From Corynebacterium sp. (lineage in GTDB: Bacteria > Actinomycetota > Actinomycetes > Mycobacteriales > Mycobacteriaceae), in the NCBI RefSeq assembly GCF_012837295.1, contig NZ_DURI01000373.1, positions 1-50,683 on the forward strand: DNA of 50,683 bases, read 5' to 3'. Under the pieces are notes generated by a model. It was not told the origin of the DNA and did not search any database. It saw nothing but the letters and a program-made list of their open reading frames with translations. The position numbers were made by a program, and so were the translations under genes. Below are positions 39,405-48,768 of the stretch, piece by piece (the stretch's first letter is position 1; each line of letters begins with the position of its first letter).

Positions 39405-40031
39405 CTAGTGGCCGGAGTGGTCCTCGCCTTCCTGGTTCATGTTCTTCATCTCGCCGTCGTCGCCCATGCCCGGGTTGGACAGGGAGCCGTCGCCGGCGTA
39501 GTCCTCTTCGCCGGCCGGCTGGACGCGGACCTCGACGTCCTGCGTCAGCGTCGAACCGTCGGAGAACTCGAAGACCACGGTGAACTCCTGGCCCTGCTCC
39601 ATGGCCTCGTCGTTCTTCATGATCATCAGGTGGTCGTCGCCCGGGGCCAGCATGTGCTCGCCGTTGGCCGGGATCTTGTGGCCGCCGTCGATCTTGAACA
39701 TCTTGCCGTCCTTGGTGGCGTGCTGCTCGAAGACGGTGCCTTCCTTGAGGCCCTCGACGCGGAAGTCGACGAGCTCGATCTCCTCGTCGGTGTTGTTCTT
39801 CAGGATGCCGAAGAGGCCGGTCATGCCCTTCTCGGCCGGCTTCTCCTTGATGTAGGCGTCCTCGAAGGTCACGGCCGCCGACGCCTCGGCCTCGGTGGAC
39901 TCCGACGCGGTGGTCGTGGTGCCTTCGGCCGCGGTGGAGTCCGCGGAGTCGTCGGTCGAGCAGCCCGCGAGGACGAGGGCGATCGCGGCGGAGCCGGCGA
40001 CGAGGGCCTTGGTGGTGCGGTGGAGCTTCAT
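39405..40031 (-). CDS. PCu(A)C copper chaperone lipoprotein
   Basis: Lipobox LAGC, H..M..(APGDD)HLM copper motif and a Met/His-rich C-terminal tail. Confidence 0.9.
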   Translation of the reverse strand: MKLHRTTKALVAGSAAIALVLAGCSTDDSADSTAAEGTTTTASESTEAEASAAVTFEDAYIKEKPAEKGMTGLFGILKNNTDEEIELVDFRVEGLKEGTVFEQHATKDGKMFKIDGGHKIPANGEHMLAPGDDHLMIMKNDEAMEQGQEFTVVFEFSDGSTLTQDVEVRVQPAGEEDYAGDGSLSNPGMGDDGEMKNMNQEGEDHSGH

Positions 40032-40036
40032 GGGGA

Positions 40037-40585
40037 TCAATCTGCCTTTCGGTTGACGACGGCCACTCCGGCGACGACGGCGAGGATGACGGCGATCAGG
40101 CCGCCGCCGGCGACCCACGCCCAGGTGGGCACGCCGTCTTCCTCGTCGAGGTCCGATCCTCCCCCGGCGTTGACCTGGTGGTCTCCGACGGAGAAGGACA
40201 GCTTGCCGCGGGTGGAGTGCCCGTCTGACGAGGTGATCTGGAACCCGACGATGTACGCGCCGGGGCCCGGGTCCAACGAATCGGGGACGTCGAAGGCGAT
40301 GACCTGGTCGGAAAGTTCCGGCTGCTCGGTGAGCAGAACTTCCTTCGTGTTCGCGTCGCTGATGGCGACGGTGTTGAAGGACTCGCGCGGAATGCCCGAA
40401 AAGGTCATCTCGATGCGCCGGGGAAACTCGTCCAGATTCTGCCCGTCGGCGGGCGTGGAGGCGATGACGGAGTCATGCGCATGTGCGACGGGGGCCAGAT
40501 GGGGCCCGTTCAGGGCGGGCGCGATCGCCAACCCCGTCGCGAGCGTCGCGGCGATCGCCGTACGCCCGATGAAGCTTTTGCGCAT
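40037..40585 (-). CDS. copC: CopC-family copper-binding protein with C-terminal TM
   Basis: Signal peptide ending AHA-HD (N-terminal His), STPADG, SSDGH and a C-terminal membrane anchor. Confidence 0.9.
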   Translation of the reverse strand: MRKSFIGRTAIAATLATGLAIAPALNGPHLAPVAHAHDSVIASTPADGQNLDEFPRRIEMTFSGIPRESFNTVAISDANTKEVLLTEQPELSDQVIAFDVPDSLDPGPGAYIVGFQITSSDGHSTRGKLSFSVGDHQVNAGGGSDLDEEDGVPTWAWVAGGGLIAVILAVVAGVAVVNRKAD

Positions 40586-40674
40586 GTGCACCGGCATTGT
40601 CCTCCATGGCCGCTGGGGGCCGTCTCGATTGCGGGAACCGGGTGAGCCGCACGTTCTGCGCACGACTCATCCAG

Positions 40675-40703
40675 TAGTCGGGGAATCGCGTCGATTGGTT
40701 CCC
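40675..40703 (-). promoter_or_regulatory. ECF sigma (SigC-type) promoter of the copC operon
   Basis: Minus strand GGGAAC-N17-CGACTA, about 90 nt upstream of copC. Confidence 0.8.
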
Positions 40704-40838
40704 GCGATGATCCGCGACACCCCGTCGAATACCCCCGAGTGTACCCGGACCCTGCGTTAACTTCGATTACCTCGCCGGTGATCCACGCTACTCGGCACCA
40801 ACGGCTCGCATTTGCACCGGCCCCCGCCCCCGGACACG

Positions 40839-40871
40839 AAAAAGCCGCCGGAGGATTGACCTCCGGCGGCT
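40839..40871 (-). terminator. Terminator after tRNA-Val(CAC)
   Basis: AGCCGCCGGAGG-ATTGA-CCTCCGGCGGCT with an A-run (U-tract on the minus strand). Confidence 0.85.
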
Positions 40872-40875
40872 GCGG

Positions 40876-40947
40876 TAGTCCCAACTGGGTTCGAACCAGC
40901 GACCTTTCCGGTGTGAACGGAACGCTCTTCCGCTGAGCTATGGGACT
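40876..40947 (-). tRNA. tRNA-Val(CAC)
   Basis: Cloverleaf with AGTCCCA/TGGGACT acceptor stem, TTCCG-TTCACAC-CGGAA anticodon arm and GGTTCGAACCC T-arm. CCA is not encoded. Confidence 0.95.
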
Positions 40948-41280
40948 GCACGTACTCGGGAGTCGCTCCCGCTTACGGGTGATTAAGTTAGCACGCCTTT
41001 CGGCGGCGGCCTAATCGCATGTTCACCGCGTGTTTGCACGACTTTGCGTGACGACGGCCCGCGGTCGCACCGGAGCATCCTTCTTCCCGCTCGGCTCTCC
41101 AGCCGACTCCTCGGCCGACTCTCCGGACTTCCCGGGCCCGGACACCTCCACCCCTCCGCGCCCGTGTCCGCCCCAACGACCGGAGCCACATCCGGAGTCG
41201 GGGCTCAGGCGATGGCCGGGGCGCCGATGAAGCCGCGAACGTCATCAAGCGGAACCCGAATCGGCTTACATGCTGGGGAT

Positions 41281-41310
41281 TTGCAGATTTTCCGCGAATC
41301 CCGCTAATGT
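41281..41310 (+). promoter_or_regulatory. SigA-type promoter of the tRNA operon
   Basis: TTGCAG-N18-TAATGT, 56 nt upstream of tRNA-Gly. Confidence 0.6.
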
Positions 41311-41366
41311 TCTTCTCGCACCGCAAGCGGGGCACGGGCAACCGGGCAAGCGCAACGGAACGCAGT

Positions 41367-41439
41367 GCGGATGTAGCGCAGCTGGTAGCGCATCACCTTG
41401 CCAAGGTGAGGGTCGCGGGTTCGAGTCCCGTCATCCGCT
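41367..41439 (+). tRNA. tRNA-Gly(GCC)
   Basis: GCGGATG acceptor, CACCT-TGCCA-AGGTG anticodon arm, GGTTCGAGTCCC. No encoded CCA. Confidence 0.97.
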
Positions 41440-41507
41440 CGGATTTTCTCCGGAGAGACACCATCTGGTATAACTTCTGAGTGAATCACGAGAGGCGGCA
41501 ACGCCAC

Positions 41508-41578
41508 GGTGGAATGGCCGAGTGGTGAGGCAACGGCCTGCAAAGCCGTGCACACGGGTTCGATTCCCGTTTCCACCT
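41508..41578 (+). tRNA. tRNA-Cys(GCA)
   Basis: GGTGGAA/TTCCACC acceptor, ACGGC-CTGCAAA-GCCGT anticodon arm, U discriminator. Confidence 0.97.
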
Positions 41579-41610
41579 CGCATCAAATTGCATAAGCAGT
41601 TTCTGCACAA

Positions 41611-41685
41611 GCGCGTTTAGCTCAGCGGGAGAGCGCTTCCCTGACACGGAAGAGGTCACTGGTTCGATCCCAGTATCGCGCACCA
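41611..41685 (+). tRNA. tRNA-Val(GAC)
   Basis: CTTCC-CTGACAC-GGAAG anticodon arm, GGTTCGATCCC, encoded CCA. Confidence 0.97.
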
Positions 41686-41703
41686 AGGCACTTGGTGCCT
41701 CAC

Positions 41704-41779
41704 GCGGATGTAGCGCAGCTGGTAGCGCATCACCTTGCCAAGGTGAGGGTCGCGGGTTCGAGTCCCGTCATCCGCTCCA
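41704..41779 (+). tRNA. tRNA-Gly(GCC), second identical copy
   Basis: Same 73-nt sequence as 41367-41439, here with an encoded CCA. Confidence 0.97.
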
Positions 41780-41782
41780 CAT

Positions 41783-41814
41783 CCCCGCCGGATCTTCGGA
41801 TCCGGCGGGGTTTT
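41783..41814 (+). terminator. Terminator of the tRNA operon
   Basis: CCCCGCCGGATC-TTCG-GATCCGGCGGGG-TTTT (cUUCGg tetraloop). Confidence 0.92.
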
Positions 41815-41881
41815 GCTTTGCCCCGTCGCGTTGGGCCACGATCCGCCCCAGGATCCACCGCCCACCGGCTCCGGTCCACGC

Positions 41882-41919
41882 AAAAACCCGCCACCGCGTC
41901 AAACGTGCGGTGGCGGGTT
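41882..41919 (-). terminator. Terminator after ferritin
   Basis: AACCCGCCACCGC-9 nt-GCGGTGGCGGGTT with an A-run on the left. Confidence 0.85.
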
Positions 41920-41942
41920 CGTCGTGAAGCAGACGCCGGCGA

Positions 41943-42452
41943 CTACTGGGCGCCGAGGTCCTCCTGGCGGGCGCCGAGCTCCTCGTCGATGCGCAGCAGG
42001 CCGTGGCCGTCGGCGCCGATCAGCTCGATGCGGCCGATGATGTTGCGGACGGTGTCCTCTTCCTCGATCTGCTCGTTGATGAAGAAGTCGAGCAGCGGGC
42101 GGGAGTCGACGTCGCGCTCGTCGGCGGCGAGGTTCCACAGGTCGCGAATGGAGGCCGACACCTTCTCCTCGTGCTCGAGGGCGATGCGGAAGGCGTCGAT
42201 GGCCTTTTCCACCTTCACCTCCGGTGCGGCGATGGCACCGAGGCGGGCGTGGTTGTCGCGGGCGGCGAGGTGGTCGATGAACTTCTCGGCGTGGACGATC
42301 TCCTCCTCGGACTGCGCGCGCATCCACTGAGCCATGCCGCCGAGGTCGAGGCGGTCGAGTTCGATGGCCAGCTGGCGGTACACGTTGGACGCCTGCATTT
42401 CCAGGGTGACCTGGTCGTTGAAGGCCTTTTCGAGCTTGTCGTTGAGTCGCAT
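41943..42452 (-). CDS. ftn: Non-heme bacterial ferritin
   Basis: FNDQVTLEMQASNVY, QSEEEIVHA, LEHEEKV and FINEQIEEE ferroxidase-centre residues. Confidence 0.92.
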   Translation of the reverse strand: MRLNDKLEKAFNDQVTLEMQASNVYRQLAIELDRLDLGGMAQWMRAQSEEEIVHAEKFIDHLAARDNHARLGAIAAPEVKVEKAIDAFRIALEHEEKVSASIRDLWNLAADERDVDSRPLLDFFINEQIEEEDTVRNIIGRIELIGADGHGLLRIDEELGARQEDLGAQ

Positions 42453-42508
42453 GCCGCAAGGATATGCGTATGCCGATAAATACGACAAGGATTATTCGGC
42501 TTCGCGAA

Positions 42509-42527
42509 GAAGGCTGGCCTAGCCTCG
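42509..42527. promoter_or_regulatory. DtxR/IdeR box-like site upstream of ferritin
   Basis: GAAGGCTGGCCTAGCCTCG matches about 13/19 of TWAGGTWAGSCTWACCTWA and keeps the AGG...CCT symmetry. Confidence 0.55.
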
Positions 42528-42586
42528 GATGGTTGGCGCACTTGACGCTGACGAAGAAGGGCGCGCATCGATATAGGCTCACGTCC

Positions 42587-43351
42587 ATGAAGTGGCTCGG
42601 AGAAATCGAGGCCCGCGGTCGCGCCGCCGGAGCCGGAGACGGCGCAGGTGCCGGCCCCACCGACGGCGCCGACGTCGGTGGCGGCGTCAGTGGCGGCGAT
42701 GTGCTCGCTCGATTCGTTCCTCCCCTCGACGGAGTGACGCTCATAGCGGTGACCTCGCTCGATGGGCGCGCCGCGATCGACGGGGTCTCCGGCGGCCTGG
42801 GCAACCCGGCCGACGCGGCGCTGCTGCAGGCCGTGCGGGCCGTCTCCGACATCGTCGTCGTCGGTGCCGGCACCGCACGCGCCGAGAACTACGGGCCGAC
42901 GGCTCCCCCGACCCGGCTGGCGGTGCTCAGCCGCAGCTTCGACGTGGATCCGGCATCCCGGCTGTTCGACGATCCCGCCAGTCCCCCCATCCTCATCGGT
43001 GGCGCCGGGGCCCCTCCGGAGCGTCGTACAGCACTCGCGGAGGCGGGGGCGACGCTCGTCGAACTCTCGGACACCGCGCCGGAGCAGGTTCTCGCTGCTT
43101 TACGACGGCTCGGGCACACCCGGATCGCCCTCGAAGGCGGACCCGGCGTCTATCGCGAGCATCTCCGCGCCGATGTGGTGGACCGGGCGTTCCTGACCCT
43201 CTCGCCGATGATGGTCGGCGACGGGCCCGCGACGTTCGGTTCGCGCGACGCCACGGGAGCTTCCCCGCTGCCCCTCGATTTCCGGGCGGAGGCGGCGGCG
43301 TTCTCCGACTCGCACCTTTTTGTCCGCTATTCGAGGGTGCGCGCCGGGTAG
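42587..43351 (+). CDS. RibD C-terminal-like (dihydrofolate reductase family) protein, Rv2671-like
   Basis: TSLDG, SGGLGNPAD, VGAGTARAENY and LEGGP motifs. No deaminase domain. Confidence 0.85.
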   Translation: MKWLGEIEARGRAAGAGDGAGAGPTDGADVGGGVSGGDVLARFVPPLDGVTLIAVTSLDGRAAIDGVSGGLGNPADAALLQAVRAVSDIVVVGAGTARAENYGPTAPPTRLAVLSRSFDVDPASRLFDDPASPPILIGGAGAPPERRTALAEAGATLVELSDTAPEQVLAALRRLGHTRIALEGGPGVYREHLRADVVDRAFLTLSPMMVGDGPATFGSRDATGASPLPLDFRAEAAAFSDSHLFVRYSRVRAG

Positions 43352-43361
43352 CTTCGTAGCC

Positions 43362-44762
43362 GTGACTACCTCCCCGACGACGCTCGACGGTGCCCGCGCC
43401 CGGCGGATGGTGGCCCCGATGCTGTGGCCACTGGCGATCTTCCTGATCATCCACCGCGCGTGGGCGCTGCCCAACCAAAGCGGCGGCACCGACGACTTCA
43501 CCACCGTCTGGCGTGCCCTCGTCCGCTTCAGCGACGGCAACCTCGTCTACACGGCCAACTACGCGCACGTGGACCCGCATTACCTGTACTCCCCCGGCGG
43601 CACGCTGGCCCTGCAGCCGGTGACGTGGCTGGGCGATTACGACACGGCGCGGATGTGGTTCATCTTCGCCCAGGCGGCGGGGATCATCGCGACGGTCCTC
43701 ATTCTCCTGCGATTGTGCCGCGTTCCGCTGACCAGCTGGATCGTGCCGATGACACTGTCGCTCGTGTTCCTCACGGAGGCGGTGACCAGCACGCTGCGCT
43801 TCGCCAACGTCAATGGCACGCTGCTGCTGGCGCAGGTCCTGTTCATCGTCCTGCTGCTGCGCGACCGCCGGATTCTCGCGGGCCTCGTCATCGGACTGGC
43901 CATCACGGTCAAGCCGATCGTGGCACCGCTGCTCTTCCTCGCGTTCGTGCGCAAGGACTGGTCGACCATCGTCGTCGCGGCGGCCGTTCCGGTCGTGTTC
44001 AACATCGTGGCCTGGCCGATGGGCGCCGATCCGATGGCGTACGTCGAGCGGACCATGCCGTACCTCGGCGAGGTCCGGCTCCACGCCAACGCGTCGATCT
44101 CCGGCGAGCTCCTCTACTTCGGCGCCCCGGAGCTGCTGGTCAAACTGTGGCTCATCGCTTTCGCGGCGCCGGTCATCTTCGCGCTGGTCCTGCTGCTGCG
44201 GTGGCAGTGGCGCGACGAGATCTTCTGGGCCCTGACCACTTCGGGCGTGCTCATGACGGGCGTGCTGCTGCTGAGCTCCCTGGGCCAGCAGTATTACGCG
44301 CTGCTCATCCTGCCCACGGTGATCGGCGTGTTCCACGCGATCTTCGGCGCGCCCGACGCACAGGGCGACGCGCCGCGGTCGGTGGTGCTCAACGTGCCGG
44401 CGGGCCTGGCCATCACCATGTTCTATTTCACGCTGAACTGGTTCATGGACGACTACGCCGTCGGTTCCCAGCTGTGGATCCAGGTCATGGCGTGGATCGG
44501 CTGGATGCTGCTGTGCTTGACCATGTTCGCGATGCTGATCAAGTGGACCATCGAGGAGCACGCCGCCGGCTACGACTGGCTCGGCCGGAAGGGCGCGTCG
44601 TCCTTCTTCGGGCGCCGCGCGGCGTCCGATGGAACACGGGGCGCCTCCCGCGGCGTTGCACCGGGTGATCGCCCCGGCGATCGTCCCTCCGGCGCCGCGG
44701 GGTCACCGGACTCCTCTGGATCGCCGGGCTCGCCTGGATCGATGGAAAGGACCAACGCATGA
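43362..44762 (+). CDS. aftC: GT87 alpha-(1->3)-arabinofuranosyltransferase
   Basis: [18 protein letters not shown] motif and multiple TMs. Conserved position between ribD-like and msrB. Confidence 0.88.
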   Translation: MTTSPTTLDGARARRMVAPMLWPLAIFLIIHRAWALPNQSGGTDDFTTVWRALVRFSDGNLVYTANYAHVDPHYLYSPGGTLALQPVTWLGDYDTARMWFIFAQAAGIIATVLILLRLCRVPLTSWIVPMTLSLVFLTEAVTSTLRFANVNGTLLLAQVLFIVLLLRDRRILAGLVIGLAITVKPIVAPLLFLAFVRKDWSTIVVAAAVPVVFNIVAWPMGADPMAYVERTMPYLGEVRLHANASISGELLYFGAPELLVKLWLIAFAAPVIFALVLLLRWQWRDEIFWALTTSGVLMTGVLLLSSLGQQYYALLILPTVIGVFHAIFGAPDAQGDAPRSVVLNVPAGLAITMFYFTLNWFMDDYAVGSQLWIQVMAWIGWMLLCLTMFAMLIKWTIEEHAAGYDWLGRKGASSFFGRRAASDGTRGASRGVAPGDRPGDRPSGAAGSPDSSGSPGSPGSMERTNA

Positions 44763-45184
44763 CGGACCAGAACACCACCGACTGGAACCTCACCGACGAC
44801 GAGTGGCGCGCGCGCCTGAACCCCGAGGAGTTCCGTGTGCTGCGCCGCGCCGGCACCGAGGCGCCCTTCGTCGGCGAGTACACCGACACCGAGACCGAGG
44901 GCGTCTACTCGTGCCGCGCCTGCGGAGCCGAGCTCTTCCGCTCGACGGAAAAGTTCCACTCCCACTGCGGCTGGCCGTCGTTCTTCTCGCCGCTGGCCGG
45001 CGACGCCGTCATCGAGCGCGTCGACGACAGCCTGGGCATGCGCCGCACCGAGGTGCTCTGCGCCCGCTGCGAGTCGCACTTGGGCCACGTATTCACCGGC
45101 GAGGGCTACCCCACGCCGACCGACCAGCGCTACTGCATCAACTCGATCTGTCTCACCCTCGAGGAAAAGCCGGTCACGCCGTAG
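44759..45184 (+). CDS. msrB: Peptide-methionine (R)-S-oxide reductase, zinc type
   Basis: [34 protein letters not shown]. Confidence 0.97.
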   Translation: MTDQNTTDWNLTDDEWRARLNPEEFRVLRRAGTEAPFVGEYTDTETEGVYSCRACGAELFRSTEKFHSHCGWPSFFSPLAGDAVIERVDDSLGMRRTEVLCARCESHLGHVFTGEGYPTPTDQRYCINSICLTLEEKPVTP

Positions 45185-45194
45185 GCCCGTCATC

Positions 45195-45261
45195 GCTTGA
45201 CGACGAACGACGCCCCCGCAATCCGATCGGTGGATTGCGGGGGCGTCGGTCGTCGTCAAGC
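45195..45261. terminator. Long hairpin between convergent msrB and hemQ
   Basis: 30-bp arms with one mismatch and a 7-nt loop. Confidence 0.8.
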
Positions 45262-45295
45262 CGAGGCGGAGGTCCTGCCGGACCCCGGCCGAGTG

Positions 45296-46000
45296 CTACG
45301 GCAGGGCGTTGATGATCTCCGCGACGTCATCGACGCGGCGGCCCGTGTGGAACGGGATCTCCTCGCGGACGTGCAGGCGTGCCTCGGTGTAGCGCATCTT
45401 CCACATGAGGTCGACGATGCGGTCGAGCTCCGGGCCCTCGAAGGCCAGGATCCACTCGTAGTCGCCGAGCGCGAAGGCCGGGACGGTGTTGGCGCGGACG
45501 TCCGGGTAGTCGCGGCCGGCCTGGCCGTGCTCCGACAGGATGCGGCGGCGGTCGGCCGGCTCCAGCAGGTACCAGTCGTAGGAGCGCACGAACGGGTAAA
45601 CCGCGATCCAGCGGCCCGGCTCCTCGCCCATGATGAACGACGGCAGGTGAGACTTGTTGAACTCCGCCGGGCGGTGCAGCGCGGCGTTCGACCAGTGCGG
45701 CGTGGAGGCGCGGCCGAGCGGGGTCTCGCGCAGGAAGGCGTTGTAGAACGCCTGGACGTCCTCCATCTTCTCGGCGTGGACCCAGAACATGAAGTCGGCC
45801 TCGGCGCGCATGGCGGAGACGTCGTAGAAGCCGCGGACGATGAGGTCGACGTCGTCGGCCTCGTAGCGCTTCAGGAACTCGCGGGTCTCGGCGACCGCCG
45901 CCTCGCGGTCATCGCCCAGCGCCCCCGGGGTCACCTTGAACGTGGACCACATGGTGTAGCGGATGGTGTCGTTGAGCTTCTTGTAGTCGAGCTTCGCCAT
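45296..46000 (-). CDS. hemQ: Coproheme decarboxylase (ChdC/HemQ)
   Basis: [37 protein letters not shown]. Confidence 0.95.
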   Translation of the reverse strand: MAKLDYKKLNDTIRYTMWSTFKVTPGALGDDREAAVAETREFLKRYEADDVDLIVRGFYDVSAMRAEADFMFWVHAEKMEDVQAFYNAFLRETPLGRASTPHWSNAALHRPAEFNKSHLPSFIMGEEPGRWIAVYPFVRSYDWYLLEPADRRRILSEHGQAGRDYPDVRANTVPAFALGDYEWILAFEGPELDRIVDLMWKMRYTEARLHVREEIPFHTGRRVDDVAEIINALP

Positions 46001-46125
46001 GAACGGCCGTCTCCTTGAAGTCGGTGGTGATGGTTGATTGCCGGGGTGGGCACTGCAGAACAGGCTACCCTCGCCGGCACGTGCCGGAGCCGGGTGACCG
46101 GGGTGGTCCCGATCACCCGCGCGGC

Positions 46126-47577
46126 TCAGGCGAGGTCGTTGATGATCTTCGCCGCCGCCGCCTTGGCGTCGGCGATGCACGCCGGGATGCCCGGGCCGCG
46201 ATGCCACGCGCCGGCCGCCGCGACGCGCGGGACGTCGTCGAGGGCGGCGTCGGCGAAACGCATGAGATCGCCGTGCCCCACGCCGTAGCGCGGGATGCCG
46301 CCCCACCAGCGCTGGACGACGACCTCCGCCGGCTGACCGGCGAAGCCCGTCAACGACTCGAGGTCGGCCAACGACTTGGCGGTGAGCTCCTCGTCGGACA
46401 AGTGCACGAGCGAATCGTCGCCGAAACGGCCGAAGGAACCGCGGACGACCGCGCCGCCGCGCTCCCCGAGGTGCGGCCACTTCTTCGACGAGAACGTGAA
46501 CGCCTTCGCGTCGACCGGCGCGTCCGCGGCGATGAGGATGCCGGAGTAGTCCGGCAGGCCCTCGGCGTCGTCGAAGCGCATGGCGACCACGGCCGACGAG
46601 GCCAGGTCGATGGCGCCGATGATCTCCGCGGCATCGGGGGCGACCGTGGCCAACAGCGCGCCGGTGGCCGGGGCCGGCGCAGCGAGCACGACGGCGTCGG
46701 CGTCGAGGATGCGGCCGTCCGTCAGGGTGACGGCCTTCGAGGCTCCTGCTCCCCCGGCCTCCGCATCGGCGATGGACTCGACGCCCACGCCGAGTTCCAG
46801 CTCCGGGGCGGCCTGCTCCACGAGCGCGTCGTAGACCTTGCGGTAGCCGTTGCGGAACGTGCGGAAAATCGGTGCGGCGACGGCGCCGGAGGCGAGCCGC
46901 GCCTCGTTGGCCTCGGCGCGCTGATCGAGCACGCGCCGCGCGGCGGCGGTCAAGCTCACCGGCTCACCCACCGCGGTCATCGCGTCGAGCGCCCCCGCCA
47001 ACTGCGGGACCGTGGCGCGCAGACCGAGGTCGTCGGCCAGGCTGGAGTACACGCCGCCGAGCAGCGGCGACACCAAATGGTCCACGACCTCGCGGCCCAG
47101 CCGGGATTCCACCAGCTGGCCAAGATTCACGTCATCGCCGTGCACCCAGTGCAGCGGCGCGGTGACCTCGGGATCACCCTCGGCGTCGATGCGGGCGCAC
47201 GTGTCGTCGGAAAGCAGGCCCTGCAGGCCCTCCGACGACGCGGGGACGCCCATGACCGTGGTGCGAGGCATGGCGCGGAGCTCGCCCGCGGCGTAGATCG
47301 TCGACGGCATGCCCGACGGGACGACCAGCTCGTCGGAGAGGCCGAGGCCCTCGAAGAAGTCCGTGGCGTCCTTGCGGAAGCCCAGGTACGCCTCGGCGCC
47401 GACCTCGATCGGCCCTTCGGCCGTGTCGACGGTGCGCAGCTTGCCGCCGACCCGGTCATCCGGATCGACGACGACGATGCGCGCGCCCGGGCCGAGGCCC
47501 CGGCGCAGCTGGAACGCGGAGACCAGGCCGGTCAGGCCCGCGCCCGCGACGACAACGGTCAGCGGTCGGACGCTCAC
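46126..47577 (-). CDS. hemY: Coproporphyrinogen/protoporphyrinogen oxidase (HemY/CgoX)
   Basis: FAD-binding GAGLTGL, RVGGKL, EVGAEAY, SSKKW and GPGIPAC. Located between hemE and hemQ. Confidence 0.93.
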   Translation of the reverse strand: MSVRPLTVVVAGAGLTGLVSAFQLRRGLGPGARIVVVDPDDRVGGKLRTVDTAEGPIEVGAEAYLGFRKDATDFFEGLGLSDELVVPSGMPSTIYAAGELRAMPRTTVMGVPASSEGLQGLLSDDTCARIDAEGDPEVTAPLHWVHGDDVNLGQLVESRLGREVVDHLVSPLLGGVYSSLADDLGLRATVPQLAGALDAMTAVGEPVSLTAAARRVLDQRAEANEARLASGAVAAPIFRTFRNGYRKVYDALVEQAAPELELGVGVESIADAEAGGAGASKAVTLTDGRILDADAVVLAAPAPATGALLATVAPDAAEIIGAIDLASSAVVAMRFDDAEGLPDYSGILIAADAPVDAKAFTFSSKKWPHLGERGGAVVRGSFGRFGDDSLVHLSDEELTAKSLADLESLTGFAGQPAEVVVQRWWGGIPRYGVGHGDLMRFADAALDDVPRVAAAGAWHRGPGIPACIADAKAAAAKIINDLA

Positions 47578-48671
47578 AGCTCGTGCACCATCTTCACGGT
47601 GCGGGTGATCGCGTCGGCGTCGGTGTTCGGCGGAACGCCGTGGCCCAGGTTGAAGATGTGGCCCCGGGCCGTGCCGCGCTCGATGGCCCGATCGGCCTCG
47701 CCGCAGATCCGGCGGACCTCCGACTCGATTGCGGCGTCGCCGGCGAAGAACATCGCGGGGTCCAGGTTGCCCTGCAGCACGCGGGCGTGGGAGGCCCGGT
47801 CGCCCGCCGGGTCGGCGGCGGCCAGGGTATTGGAGATGCGCTGGGCGGCGGCGTCCAGCGGCACGCGCCAGTCGACGCCGACTACCTCGGAGCCCGCCTC
47901 TGCCATGGCGCCGAGCAGCTCGCCGGTGCCGACGCCGAAGTGGATGCGCGGAATGCCCGCGTCGGCGACCTCCTCGAAGATCGCCTGCGAGTGCGGCAGC
48001 ACGTGGCGGCGGTAGTCACGCTCGGTGAGGAAGCCCGCCCACGAGTCGAACAGCTGCAGCGCGTCGATGCCGGCGTCGATCTGGGCGCGCAGGAAGCCCG
48101 TGACGATCGGCGTGATGCGGCGCATCAGCTTGTCCCACAGCTCCGGCTCGGAGTGCATGAGCGCCTTCGTGCGCTCGTGATTGCGCGACGGGCCACCTTC
48201 GACCAGGTAGGACGCGAGGGTGAACGGGGCGCCGGCGAAGCCGATGAGCACCTGCTGGTCGGTCAGCTCGTCGAGGATGCGGGCGATGCCCTCCGCGACG
48301 GGCGCCAGGGTGTCCGGGTCGAGCTCGGGCAGCTTGTCGATGTCCGAGGCGGTGCGGATCGGCTCGGCGACGACCGGGCCGCGGCCGGCCACGATGTCGA
48401 GGTCCACGCCGGCGGCCTTGACCGGCACGACGATGTCGGAAAAGAGGATCGCCGCATCGACGTCGTGGCGGCGCACCGGCTGCATGGTGATCTCCGCCAG
48501 CAGCTCCGGATTGAAGCACGAGTCGAGCATGCCGACGTCCTTGCGGATCTCGCGGTACTCGGGCAGGGAGCGCCCCGCCTGGCGCATGAACCACACCGGT
48601 CGGCGGGACGGGGTGCGCCCGGCGGCGGCCTGCAGGAACGGGGCGTCGGACAAGTTGCGGCGATTAGACAT
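47574..48671 (-). CDS. hemE: Uroporphyrinogen decarboxylase
   Basis: PVWFMRQAGRSLPEY, AAILFSDI, GFAGAPFTLASY, QGNLDP, IFNLGHG. Confidence 0.97.
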   Translation of the reverse strand: MSNRRNLSDAPFLQAAAGRTPSRRPVWFMRQAGRSLPEYREIRKDVGMLDSCFNPELLAEITMQPVRRHDVDAAILFSDIVVPVKAAGVDLDIVAGRGPVVAEPIRTASDIDKLPELDPDTLAPVAEGIARILDELTDQQVLIGFAGAPFTLASYLVEGGPSRNHERTKALMHSEPELWDKLMRRITPIVTGFLRAQIDAGIDALQLFDSWAGFLTERDYRRHVLPHSQAIFEEVADAGIPRIHFGVGTGELLGAMAEAGSEVVGVDWRVPLDAAAQRISNTLAAADPAGDRASHARVLQGNLDPAMFFAGDAAIESEVRRICGEADRAIERGTARGHIFNLGHGVPPNTDADAITRTVKMVHEL

Positions 48672-48768
48672 GACACCATCATGCCCCATACGGCATCGGA
48701 GATACCGCCGCCCCCTTCGCGGCGCGCCTCCACGGACGGGGCCTCCCGCGCCGCTACATTCAAGCACC

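Noticed and set aside
40633-40667. Second SigC-like promoter on the + strand (GGGAACC...CGACT)
   Set aside because: The spacing of about 23 nt is too long and there is no downstream gene.
40586-40876. Prophage or island at tRNA-Val(CAC)
   Set aside because: The tRNA is followed directly by its terminator and the copC promoter. I found no duplicated 3' end and no mobile genes.
41367-41779. Identical tRNA-Gly copies as attL/attR of an integrated element
   Set aside because: Both copies are full-length, enclose only tRNA-Cys and tRNA-Val, and no integrase is present. This is an ordinary tRNA operon.
44600-44762. Low-complexity tails of AftC and SecF as separate repeat elements
   Set aside because: These are in-frame Pro/Gly/Ser/Ala-rich disordered extensions, common in high-GC actinobacterial proteins.
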